A stretch of 32,000 nt of DNA. Origin: Candidatus Woesearchaeota archaeon. Lineage in GTDB: Archaea > Nanobdellota > Nanobdellia > Woesearchaeales > GW2011-AR9. Made by a program: the position numbers and the translations under genes. The DNA lies in the NCBI GenBank assembly GCA_016188115.1, contig JACPIK010000002.1:599847-631846 (forward strand). Direction: 5' to 3'. The notes beneath the pieces were generated by a model that searched no databases, was not told the origin of the DNA, and was given only the letters and a program-made list of their open reading frames with translations. Shown here in pieces: positions 15,008 to 25,965 of this stretch. Each line of letters begins with the position of its first letter. The first letter of the stretch is position 1.

Positions 15008-15745
15008 TTATTTTCTGATTACCAATTCTGGTCGTATCTTCTCTACTTTTCCCACTTCCAATCGTCCCAACTCCAACATCCCAATCCGCACTCGTACTAA
15101 CCGCAATACTTTATACCCAAAGAATGCAAACATGTTACGCACCTGTCGATTGCGACCTTCCTGCAAAATAATTGACCAACCATCTGTTTTCTTGCGAATC
15201 ACGCATGGCAAGGTTCTTTCCCCATCCAAAACGATTCCTTTCTCTAACTGCTTGCGATCATACTCTGCTAACTCATGATCTAACCAAACTAAATACTCTT
15301 TTTCAACATGAGAATCAGGATCTAATAATCCCTGTGACCATGGCCCATCATTGGTCAACAACAACAGTCCTTCAGAGTCTTTATCTAATCGACCAACAGC
15401 AAAGAGCCATTGATCTTTCAACGCAGCAGGAAATAAATCATAGATTGTCTGCTTACCTTGTTCATCATCGCGTGTCGTGACATATCCCTTCGGTTTGTGA
15501 AACGCATAATATACTTTTTGAGAAGCATTCAAAGCCATGGATACCGGTTTTTTTAATGCATCTCCTTCTTTTTTAGCAATACCACCCTGAATTGTGATCT
15601 TGTCTTTCTCCATATCCACCCAAACTAAAGGACCAGTTGCCACAATCCCATTGATACGAATTTTACCGTCTTTGATTAATGGCACAGCCTGTGCACGAGA
15701 ACAGAAACCTAATTTTGAAAGAGCTCGGTGAAGTTGGGTGCGCAT
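15008..15745 (-). CDS. RsuA/RluB-family rRNA pseudouridine synthase with an N-terminal S4 domain
   Basis: LHRALSKLGFCSRAQA (S4-like), catalytic motif GRLDKDSEGLLLLTNDG, and C-terminal EGRNRQVRNMF. Confidence 0.85.
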   Translation of the reverse strand: MRTQLHRALSKLGFCSRAQAVPLIKDGKIRINGIVATGPLVWVDMEKDKITIQGGIAKKEGDALKKPVSMALNASQKVYYAFHKPKGYVTTRDDEQGKQTIYDLFPAALKDQWLFAVGRLDKDSEGLLLLTNDGPWSQGLLDPDSHVEKEYLVWLDHELAEYDRKQLEKGIVLDGERTLPCVIRKKTDGWSIILQEGRNRQVRNMFAFFGYKVLRLVRVRIGMLELGRLEVGKVEKIRPELVIRK

Positions 15746-15776
15746 AGGAGAGATAAAACGGCTCAGACTTTTAAAT

Positions 15777-16229
15777 CTACGTTCGATGAATCACAATTAA
15801 GCTCTGTGTCTTCTCAATTCCTTCAACAAGTTGCAATTTACCTAAAAGCACTTCATCAAATTCTTTAACATCATGAACCCTAATCAACGCTACAATATCT
15901 GTACCACCAGAAACAATATCTGCTCTCTCAATAAAGGGCATTTTTTTCAATTCTTTCGCCACATCATGCTGTGTTTTTTTCTTTTCTTTAAGCAGATGCA
16001 AATTCACAGAGATCAAAACATATGCTCGAAAGTTTTCCCCTAATTTTTCATAATCTAATTTCACACTATACTTACGAATAATTCCCTCAGTTTGTAATTT
16101 CTTAATTCTGTTGTGCACTGTTGTAATCGGCAATAACGTCTTCTTTGCAATAATACGGGTCGTATATTCTGCATGATCTTTCAAAATCTCGATGATTTTA
16201 CGATCTTTTTCGTCGATTTCATATACCAT
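15777..16229 (-). CDS. Lrp/AsnC family transcriptional regulator
   Basis: DEKDRKIIEILKDHAEYTTRIIAKKTLLPITTVHNRIKKLQTEGIIRKY (HTH) followed by a RAM-like C-terminal domain. Confidence 0.85.
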   Translation of the reverse strand: MVYEIDEKDRKIIEILKDHAEYTTRIIAKKTLLPITTVHNRIKKLQTEGIIRKYSVKLDYEKLGENFRAYVLISVNLHLLKEKKKTQHDVAKELKKMPFIERADIVSGGTDIVALIRVHDVKEFDEVLLGKLQLVEGIEKTQSLIVIHRT

Positions 16230-16230
16230 T

Positions 16231-16248
16231 ATGGAACAAATGTTCCAT
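16231..16248. promoter_or_regulatory. 18-bp palindrome, candidate Lrp operator
   Basis: ATGGAACA-AA-TGTTCCAT has perfect 8-bp arms. It sits between the shared TATA box and the Lrp start codon (16229), over the expected transcription start. Confidence 0.4.
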
Positions 16249-16260
16249 TTTTATATAAAT
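16248..16260. promoter_or_regulatory. near-palindromic TATA element shared by divergent genes
   Basis: TTTTTATATAAAT lies about 25 nt from the Lrp ATG (16229, minus strand) and about 35-40 nt from the ATG at 16294 (plus strand). Confidence 0.45.
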
Positions 16261-16293
16261 TTGATGTTTTTTCCGCATTTTTTACCATAATTA

Positions 16294-16881
16294 ATGAAAT
16301 ATCTTTTAATAGCAGAACCAGTAATGAACTCAATGAAGAGCAAGAGGAAGGGTACAGAAATGCAATTACATCCAGAACAAGAATATGTCTACCGCCATGC
16401 AGCGGATTTAGGAATTCAACCTAGATTTTACATTCACGAAACCGCCACTGAAGGAAAAACCAAAGTACGAACTCTTCCCGAAGGAATCACTGTTGTCTGT
16501 GCGTACTATTTTGGTCTTGAAGGACGATTTATTGGCGTCGTAACAGCGTGTGAACCACGACGTCTCTCCCAACGAGACTTATTTTCGCAAGTATTAGGAA
16601 TTTCAAGAGCGCAAGGAAAGCGGTATGATCTACGTGCTGGAACTCCTAAAGGCATGGATCGAGAAACCTGTACCCCATGGATGTACCACTCATCAGCAGA
16701 ACACGAAATTCAAGCACTCATTATTGATGAGGGTCTTGATGCGCTTGCCAGTGTAGATATTTCCATTGGAGGAAGTGGTGAAGAAGCACAGCGAACCTCG
16801 ATGCATTTGAGAGGAGAAGGAGTATACACTATTTTACAGCGTGAATTCGGAACGGAACGGATCAGAAAACACCCACCCTAA
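16294..16881 (+). CDS. hypothetical protein, possibly with a YbaK/ProX-like aminoacyl-tRNA deacylase fold
   Basis: 195-aa ORF with GC higher than its neighbours. LGISRAQGKRYDLRAGTPKGMDRETCTPW...ALIIDEGL...VDISIGGSG...MHLRGEGVYTIL loosely follows the YbaK pattern. Lies directly upstream of asnS. Confidence 0.35.
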   Translation: MKYLLIAEPVMNSMKSKRKGTEMQLHPEQEYVYRHAADLGIQPRFYIHETATEGKTKVRTLPEGITVVCAYYFGLEGRFIGVVTACEPRRLSQRDLFSQVLGISRAQGKRYDLRAGTPKGMDRETCTPWMYHSSAEHEIQALIIDEGLDALASVDISIGGSGEEAQRTSMHLRGEGVYTILQREFGTERIRKHPP

Positions 16882-16922
16882 GAAGAAAAGGTTTTTATAA
16901 TGCCACACGAGGTTAGAAAAAT

Positions 16923-18230
16923 ATGACATCCACACCCCATTTCCTTTCCATTCAACAAGCCATTACACAAGGTCAAGGCACCGTCTCTATTCGCGGTTGG
17001 GTGCATCGCGAACGCGGCTCCAACAAGCTTAAATTTATTACATTAAGAGACTCTTCCAACATCATTCAATGTGTTCTTGATAGAAAAGATTTCGAAACTC
17101 GTTGGGACGAAATTGATCATGTCCAAGTCGAAGCGTGCATGACACTTACAGGTGAACTCAAAAAAGACGAACGCGCCCCTACCGGTTTTGAACTTCATGT
17201 CAAAGACTACTTGTTAGTTGGCAAATCTGAAAATTTTCCTATCACTAAAGATCAATCCGTTGAATTTCTTGCTGACAATAGGCACTTATGGTTACGTAGT
17301 CGTAAAATGACAGCAATGCTCAAGATTCGTTCCACCATCTTTGGTGCTATTGATGAATACTTCAAAGGCCAAGGTTTCTATGAATACCATTCACCTATCT
17401 TTCAAGCCGTTCAATGTGAAGGTGGCTCCGAACTCTTCGAAGTTAAATACTTTGATAAAAAAGATGTTTTTCTCTCTCAAAGTTGGCAACTCTACGCTGA
17501 ACCAGCAATCTTTGCACTTGAGAAAATCTACACGATCGCACCAAGCTTTCGCGCAGAACCATCTAAAACATCACGTCATCTTACTGAATATTGGCACGCT
17601 GAAATGGAAATGGCGTGGTCAGAATTTGCTGACATCCAAAACCATGGTGAAGCACTATTAAAACACATCCTCAAACGTGTTCTTGAAAAACATAGACCGG
17701 ACCTTGAAATCATGGGTCGTGATGTAACGAAACTTGAACCAGCACTTACAAAACCATTTCCCCGCATCACCTATACAGATGCCCTCAAAATTCTCAAAGA
17801 AAAATTCAAGATGGACATTGAATGGGGAAAAGACTTACGTACCATTGAAGAAGAGAATCTTACCACTCTCTACGACACACCAATCATTTGTACTAACTAT
17901 CCTAAAAAAGTCAAAGCGTTCTACATGAAAGAAGATCCAAAAGATCCTCGTACCGTACAAGGATGCGATTTTCTAGCACCTGAAGGCCATGGTGAAATTA
18001 TTGGGGGATCACAACGTGAAGAAGACTTAGACAAAATTAAAGAACGGCTTATTGCACAAGGCGAAGACCCAACTCAATACGAATTTTATTTAGACACCCG
18101 TCGCTATGGATCCGTACCACACGGCGGCTTTGGCATGGGCGTTGAACGTATCGTACGCTGGATTTGCGGATTGGATAATATTAAAGACGCAATTCCATTC
18201 CCAAGGAACATGGAACGGTATAAACCGTAA
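16923..18230 (+). CDS. asnS: asparagine--tRNA ligase (class IIb; AspRS not fully excluded)
   Basis: OB-fold N-terminus (IRGWVHRERGSNKLKFITLRDSSNIIQCVL), FRAEPSKTSRHLTEYWHAEMEMAW (AsnRS-like EFW..E.E.A motif), and GGFGMGVERIVRWICGLDNIKDAIPFPR. TATA lies 30 nt upstream. Confidence 0.75.
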   Translation: MTSTPHFLSIQQAITQGQGTVSIRGWVHRERGSNKLKFITLRDSSNIIQCVLDRKDFETRWDEIDHVQVEACMTLTGELKKDERAPTGFELHVKDYLLVGKSENFPITKDQSVEFLADNRHLWLRSRKMTAMLKIRSTIFGAIDEYFKGQGFYEYHSPIFQAVQCEGGSELFEVKYFDKKDVFLSQSWQLYAEPAIFALEKIYTIAPSFRAEPSKTSRHLTEYWHAEMEMAWSEFADIQNHGEALLKHILKRVLEKHRPDLEIMGRDVTKLEPALTKPFPRITYTDALKILKEKFKMDIEWGKDLRTIEEENLTTLYDTPIICTNYPKKVKAFYMKEDPKDPRTVQGCDFLAPEGHGEIIGGSQREEDLDKIKERLIAQGEDPTQYEFYLDTRRYGSVPHGGFGMGVERIVRWICGLDNIKDAIPFPRNMERYKP

Positions 18231-18282
18231 GAGAGTTGTTGAAAACGTATCTTTTATATTCTTTAATTATTTTCCTTCCTTC

Positions 18283-18819
18283 ATGTCAAAAAAAGACACC
18301 CTTGTCTGGCTCGATCTAGAAATGACTGGTCTTGACCCCGACGTTGACACGATTCTTGAAGCCAGCGTAATCATCACTGACAATCAATTTAATCACGTCG
18401 CACAATTAGGTCCGATCATTATTCATCACACAAAAGAGCAGCTCTCAAAAATGAACGATTGGTGCAAGCAACACCACAAAGCATCGGGACTCACCCAAGA
18501 AGCGCTCGATGCAACACTCACACTCAAACAAGCAGAATCACAACTACTCAATTTCATCAAAAAATACACTCAACCACAAAGCTCCCCACTTTGCGGCAAT
18601 TCTATCTGGCAGGATCGTAGTTTTGTGCGAAAATACATGCCCAGAGTAAATGACTATCTACATTATCGCGTTATTGATGTCAGCACCATTAAAGAGCTCA
18701 TTCAACGTAAACACGGCGAGCAAGCTATCCCAAAAAAGAAAGAAACACATCGATCTTTAGATGATATTAAAGAATCAATAGAAGAGATGAAGTATTACAC
18801 CATACATTATTTAAAATAA
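18283..18819 (+). CDS. orn: oligoribonuclease (DEDDh 3'-5' exonuclease)
   Basis: LVWLDLEMTGLDPDVDTILE, SPLCGNSIWQDRSFVRKYMPRVNDYLHYRVIDVSTIKEL are collinear with bacterial Orn and eukaryotic REXO2. The ATG at 18283 has TTTTATATT 31 nt upstream. The longer ORF from 18106 overlaps asnS. Confidence 0.85.
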   Translation: MSKKDTLVWLDLEMTGLDPDVDTILEASVIITDNQFNHVAQLGPIIIHHTKEQLSKMNDWCKQHHKASGLTQEALDATLTLKQAESQLLNFIKKYTQPQSSPLCGNSIWQDRSFVRKYMPRVNDYLHYRVIDVSTIKELIQRKHGEQAIPKKKETHRSLDDIKESIEEMKYYTIHYLK

Positions 18820-18921
18820 AAAACATATAAGAACATTTTCCAATACCGCCCAAACCATATATTCTTGATAATAACAAAGTATAAAAAGCAGTCTTACGCA
18901 ACAATACCACGGTGATAGGTA

Positions 18922-20823
18922 TTGAACTCTGAGGATTTACAAATCCATACACTCCAGGCAATTTCTCCCATAGATGGACGGCACCATATTTTTACAAAAC
19001 CCCTTTCACAATTTTTCTCTGAATTCGCACTCCATAGATTCCGAGTGTTTGTTGAAGTAGAATATCTCATCGCGTTAAGTCAAACTCCTGCGTTTATTCA
19101 ACTACGTCAATTTACACCCCAAGAAAAAGAATTCTTACGTTCAATTTTTAGCTCTTTTAGTCTAAATGATGCAATACATATTCAAAACATAGACCATTTT
19201 GGTACGTCAACAATTTCAGCAACACATCATGATGTCAAAGCAGTAGAATATTTCATTAAAGAAAAAATACAAACCTCAACATTAAAAGATATTGAAGAAT
19301 TTGTCCATTTTGGATTAACCTCAGAAGATGTAAATAACATTGCCCATAATCTTATGATCAGAGAAGGGCTTAGAACTTTTTTCATTCCTGAATTAGTAAA
19401 TATTCTCGATTCACTTTCCATACTTTCCCTTCAAGAAAAAGAGAGCATAATGCTCGCAAAAACCCATGGTCAGCCCGCTGTACCGACCACATTTGGCAAA
19501 GAGGTTGCCAATTTTCTTGAACGACTCCGCAAAGATCTGACACGGTTAACAGAATATAAACTACCTGCAAAATTAAATGGTGCTGTAGGAACATTTGCTG
19601 CTATGCAATATAGCGCCGCACCAGTTGATTGGATCGCATTCTCTGAAAATTTTATTACTTCATTAGGTTTTAGTCCAAATCTTCTCACCACACAAATCGA
19701 ACCCCATGACGGCATAGTAGAATTATGCAGCATTATTCTGAGTATTAATAATATTATTTGTGATCTGTGCATCGATTTGTGGATGTATATCTCCCAAGGG
19801 CTTCTTGTTCAAAAAAATATAACCAGCGAAATAGGTTCTTCCACAATGCCGCAAAAAATTAACCCCTGGAGATTAGAAGTAGCCGAAGGCAGTACTCGAG
19901 AAGCAAATGCAAAATTAATAGGGTTTATGAACAAAATTCAAATGTCAAGATTGCAACGCGATCTCTCTGATCACGAGGCATTGCGGGGAATCGGTGAAGC
20001 CATCGCCCATTCTTTTGTTGCGCTAACGCATTTAGGACAAGAGATTGGAAGAATTACACCTAACCGCACATTAATGAAAGACGAAGTGTATTCCAACGCT
20101 GTTATTCTTAGTGAAGCAATTCAAAGTGTATTACGAGTAGAAGGATACCCTAAACCCTATGAAATGGTAAAAGATCTTTCCAAGGGAAAAATGTATACAT
20201 TAGAAGAATTGCAACAACACATTACACAACTCCCCATAACCACAGAAACAAAACGACGTCTTACTAACCTGAGTTTTGAATCCTATCTAGGTCTTTGTAC
20301 AAGATTAGTGGATATTGCGCTAGAACGGTGGAACAATTTTCGTGAAAAATATCACTCACCAAATGTGCCAATTACAACTATCATCCTAAATTTCCCTCAC
20401 TGTTTTAAAGCAACCACTAACTCGCAAAATAACGTACCCGATTCAATAAATAATGATTTACCAGAGCTTAAAATTATAGAAATGTTAGAAAAAAGAGGAC
20501 TGGAAATAAGAGGAATAGACGTCCCCTACTGGTTGCAAAAAAGATTTTCAAAAGTGTATACTTCACAAGAAGTAAATCAAATTATAATAGACAAAAATCA
20601 AACAGCCATCATTGTAGGAAAAAACACAGATCAAGATCAGAATGTATTTAATCAAAGCAACCAAAATACAGCCATAAAATATGTTGCATTGCAAGAACCA
20701 CTGGCACAAACCCCTTATCATATCAATCAATTATCTGAATTAATACCTCTTGTAGAATATTTCTCACAAGTTAACATCCCGTTCACAGCCGTTACCAACA
20801 TATCATCAACAGAGAAGAACTAA
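18922..20823 (+). CDS. purB: adenylosuccinate lyase with a C-terminal extension of about 165 aa
   Basis: LQAISPIDGRH, FRVFVEVEYL, GLTSEDVNN, GSSTMPQKINPWRLE signature. The core ends near residue 470 and residues 470-633 lie beyond a normal PurB. TTG start at 18922. Confidence 0.85.
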   Translation: MNSEDLQIHTLQAISPIDGRHHIFTKPLSQFFSEFALHRFRVFVEVEYLIALSQTPAFIQLRQFTPQEKEFLRSIFSSFSLNDAIHIQNIDHFGTSTISATHHDVKAVEYFIKEKIQTSTLKDIEEFVHFGLTSEDVNNIAHNLMIREGLRTFFIPELVNILDSLSILSLQEKESIMLAKTHGQPAVPTTFGKEVANFLERLRKDLTRLTEYKLPAKLNGAVGTFAAMQYSAAPVDWIAFSENFITSLGFSPNLLTTQIEPHDGIVELCSIILSINNIICDLCIDLWMYISQGLLVQKNITSEIGSSTMPQKINPWRLEVAEGSTREANAKLIGFMNKIQMSRLQRDLSDHEALRGIGEAIAHSFVALTHLGQEIGRITPNRTLMKDEVYSNAVILSEAIQSVLRVEGYPKPYEMVKDLSKGKMYTLEELQQHITQLPITTETKRRLTNLSFESYLGLCTRLVDIALERWNNFREKYHSPNVPITTIILNFPHCFKATTNSQNNVPDSINNDLPELKIIEMLEKRGLEIRGIDVPYWLQKRFSKVYTSQEVNQIIIDKNQTAIIVGKNTDQDQNVFNQSNQNTAIKYVALQEPLAQTPYHINQLSELIPLVEYFSQVNIPFTAVTNISSTEKN

Positions 20824-20824
20824 G

Positions 20825-23197
<2,373 letters not shown>

Positions 23198-23264
23198 AGA
23201 CAATCCAGTCAGAGAAAAAGAAAAAAAGCGACTATTTACTTTATTCATCCTAATTTTATTCATT

Positions 23265-24704
23265 TTACTCGCTGGTCTTCATTCCGCTACTTTTACTTTC
23301 TTCCCAACCAGCACCAGTAATTTGAATAAATTCTGCATTTTCCTGCATCTCTTTGATTGTATGAGCACCGCAGTAACTCAACCCACTTTTAAGACCATGT
23401 ACGAGACTGCTTACGACCTCACTCACTGGACCTTTATAATCAACCAATGAAGAAACACCCTCAACAAAGATATCAAGACGTTCTTTGACTTGTTTTCCTA
23501 ACTTCGTTTCTGTTCGAGTGTGATTACTTTCATACGATGCGCTTCCATGATACTTTTTGTACCGTTTTCCATCTTTAAGAATAATCATCCCAGGAGATTC
23601 ATCAGTTCCCGCAAATAAAGTGCCTGAAAATACACTACTTGCTCCGGCAGCTAATGCTTTTGTTACATCACCCGGATATTTTAACCCGCCATCTGCAGTA
23701 ACAGGAACATTATACTCCTGCGCAACACGTGCAACATCTAAAACAGCAGTAAGTTGAGGAATACCTGCCCCTGCGATAATTCTGGTTGTGCACACCGGAG
23801 AAGGACCGATACCTACTTTTAACCCATCTGCGCCAGCTTCAATTAAATCACGGGCAGCCTGCGCAGTAGCAATATTACCAACCATAATATCTACTGGGAG
23901 ATTTCGTTTAAGTGATTTGACCTGTTCTATAACTAAATCTGAATGAGCATGTGCTACATCAAGAACAATACAATCACACCCTGCATCAACAAGCGCTTTT
24001 GCGCGCTCAAGCGTATCTTTTACTCCCACCGCAGCAGCAACGCGAAGACGACCTTTCTCATCACGTGTAGCATGAGGCCAAAACTCTAACCGATGCAGGT
24101 CTTTTGTAGTAATTAATCCAAATACTTTTCCTTCACGCAAAATAGGAAGCTTTTCAATTCGATGTTCGTGTAAAATTCGTTTTGCCTCTTCTAATGGCAC
24201 ACCATATTGGGCAATAATTAAGCGATTACGCGGTGTCATCACATCCTGAACTTTGCGAGATTGATCTGTCTCAAATAAATAATCGCGAGAAGTGAAAATT
24301 CCTACCAGTTCATCCGAGCTTGTAACCAATAAGCTCGTAACACCTTTTTCTTTCATGATATAAACTGCATCCGCAATAGTAATGTAAGGCGAACAGCACA
24401 CAGGATTATCAATAATATAACTTGTACTTCGTTTTACTTTACGTACTTCTTCAACCTGTTCGACAATAGTATTAAACTGATGGATTGTGCCAATTCCCCC
24501 CTCTCGAGCCAACGCAATCGCCATTTTATGTTCAGTAACAGTTGCCATATTTGCGCTTGCCAAAGGCGTAGCCAGAACAATATTTTTAGTAAATCGAGAA
24601 GTAACATCTGCCTCAGCACGTGAAGAAAGAGGAGTTCGTTTTGGAACTAAAAGCACATCAGCATACGTTAAACCGAGTCGTAGATTAGATAATGGATTCA
24701 TCAT
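23265..24704 (-). CDS. guaB: IMP dehydrogenase with a CBS pair
   Basis: LTYADVLLVP, catalytic loop GIGPSPVCTTRIIAGAGIPQ, a CBS-type insert, and GGLKYPGDVTKALAAGASSV. Confidence 0.9.
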   Translation of the reverse strand: MMNPLSNLRLGLTYADVLLVPKRTPLSSRAEADVTSRFTKNIVLATPLASANMATVTEHKMAIALAREGGIGTIHQFNTIVEQVEEVRKVKRSTSYIIDNPVCCSPYITIADAVYIMKEKGVTSLLVTSSDELVGIFTSRDYLFETDQSRKVQDVMTPRNRLIIAQYGVPLEEAKRILHEHRIEKLPILREGKVFGLITTKDLHRLEFWPHATRDEKGRLRVAAAVGVKDTLERAKALVDAGCDCIVLDVAHAHSDLVIEQVKSLKRNLPVDIMVGNIATAQAARDLIEAGADGLKVGIGPSPVCTTRIIAGAGIPQLTAVLDVARVAQEYNVPVTADGGLKYPGDVTKALAAGASSVFSGTLFAGTDESPGMIILKDGKRYKKYHGSASYESNHTRTETKLGKQVKERLDIFVEGVSSLVDYKGPVSEVVSSLVHGLKSGLSYCGAHTIKEMQENAEFIQITGAGWEESKSSGMKTSE

Positions 24705-24873
24705 ATCACCCGGTAATTTCCCTACACAGTCATGCCTTATATAGATTATGGTAATAGAAACACAACACGACTAAAAAGAATAAAATAACCAAATACACTT
24801 TGTAATTGATATGAATTACAGATATGACCCTAAAATACAAAAACATTAAAAATACACCTCATCCCTCCTCATT

Positions 24874-25524
24874 ATGCAAAAATACATTCCTTTTCTTACT
24901 CTCGCTGCCGTTCTAGGATGTGATGATAACCATTCTAGGACGGAAATTAACACTAGGTTTGAAAGTGAAGATATACACACAAGTTTATCATACAATACAA
25001 ACTCTGATGAGAAAGCGCCATCATTATTGAAATACGCCCGTTGGGAAAAAGTAGTTGATGACCGTACCGTAGAATATAATCTCAATTTCATAGATTTTAA
25101 AGAAAAAGAACTTCGACAAACCAGCTGTGACCCAAAAACCAGAAAGCTAATTCTTGAAGAGGGAATAGAAAATAGAGAGGGAGAATTAACGTATGTTCTT
25201 TTATTTCAGCCTACTAGTGACCCAACCACCCAAGAATATCTTGGCTTTGGCTGCAGACTAACAAACCCCTCTTATCAAGGGTATCCCCAAGACTATCTTT
25301 CTATCACAAAAGGTAGTATTCTCCCTGAAGAAAAATGTCTTGACCTCTATCTCCGATCTCAAGGTGTTGATCCTGCAACACTAGCTCCTGCGTATGGATT
25401 GCAAACCAATTTTGCTGTACGAGATTTACTCGAACAACGACGACTTAATTTGATAGGCCAGATGGCTTCGATAGAAGAGCAATTAAAAGCAGAACTCAAT
25501 AAGCCCAAACCAGATGCACAATAA
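24874..25524 (+). CDS. putative lipoprotein, function unknown
   Basis: Signal plus lipobox MQKYIPFLTLAAVLGC|DD. TATA-like ATTAAAAATA lies about 27 nt upstream. Confidence 0.55.
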   Translation: MQKYIPFLTLAAVLGCDDNHSRTEINTRFESEDIHTSLSYNTNSDEKAPSLLKYARWEKVVDDRTVEYNLNFIDFKEKELRQTSCDPKTRKLILEEGIENREGELTYVLLFQPTSDPTTQEYLGFGCRLTNPSYQGYPQDYLSITKGSILPEEKCLDLYLRSQGVDPATLAPAYGLQTNFAVRDLLEQRRLNLIGQMASIEEQLKAELNKPKPDAQ

Positions 25525-25556
25525 GATTTCTCATATCTCTTCGCCCCACCACAATA

Positions 25557-25566
25557 TTTATAAATA
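25557..25566 (+). promoter_or_regulatory. TATA box for rps17e
   Basis: TTTATAAATA starts 30 nt upstream of the ATG at 25587. Confidence 0.5.
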
Positions 25567-25586
25567 ACCTACTCTCCAAACCAATT

Positions 25587-25775
25587 ATGGGACGTATTAA
25601 AACTACACGTATCAAACGAAAAACCAAAGAACTCCTCAAAATGCACGGAGAAAAATTCTCTGCAGATTTTACTCAAAATAAGCTTCTTACCAACAAATTT
25701 ACCACGGTACAAGGCAAAAAATTGCGAAATATCATTGCAGGATACATGACTCGCCTTAAAAAACGCGAAGCATAG
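25587..25775 (+). CDS. rps17e: 30S ribosomal protein S17e
   Basis: MGRIKTTRIKRKTKELL...KLRNIIAGYMTRL is the typical archaeal S17e pattern. The antisense ORF at 25569-25814 is rejected. Confidence 0.85.
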   Translation: MGRIKTTRIKRKTKELLKMHGEKFSADFTQNKLLTNKFTTVQGKKLRNIIAGYMTRLKKREA

Positions 25776-25933
25776 ATTTTCTATTTCTTTCTTTAACTGT
25801 TTACTAATTAACATAACACACTAAAAGTAACACGAAGAACTCTGGAATGAACAGCCATCCCTCCATAATTTTGTAAAAAAAAGAATCATCATTACCGCTT
25901 GTTTTCTAAACGTACTCTCTTACAAGAGCAGAG

Positions 25934-25943
25934 TTTATAAATA
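25934..25943 (+). promoter_or_regulatory. TATA box for the aIF2-gamma gene
   Basis: TTTATAAATA starts 32 nt upstream of the ATG at 25966. Confidence 0.5.
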
Positions 25944-25965
25944 AACTCCTGTTCACACCACCCAG

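Noticed and set aside
18106-18282. N-terminal extension of the orn ORF overlapping asnS
   Set aside because: It overlaps the conserved C-terminus of AsnRS in another frame. Orn homology begins at the ATG at 18283, which has its own TATA box.
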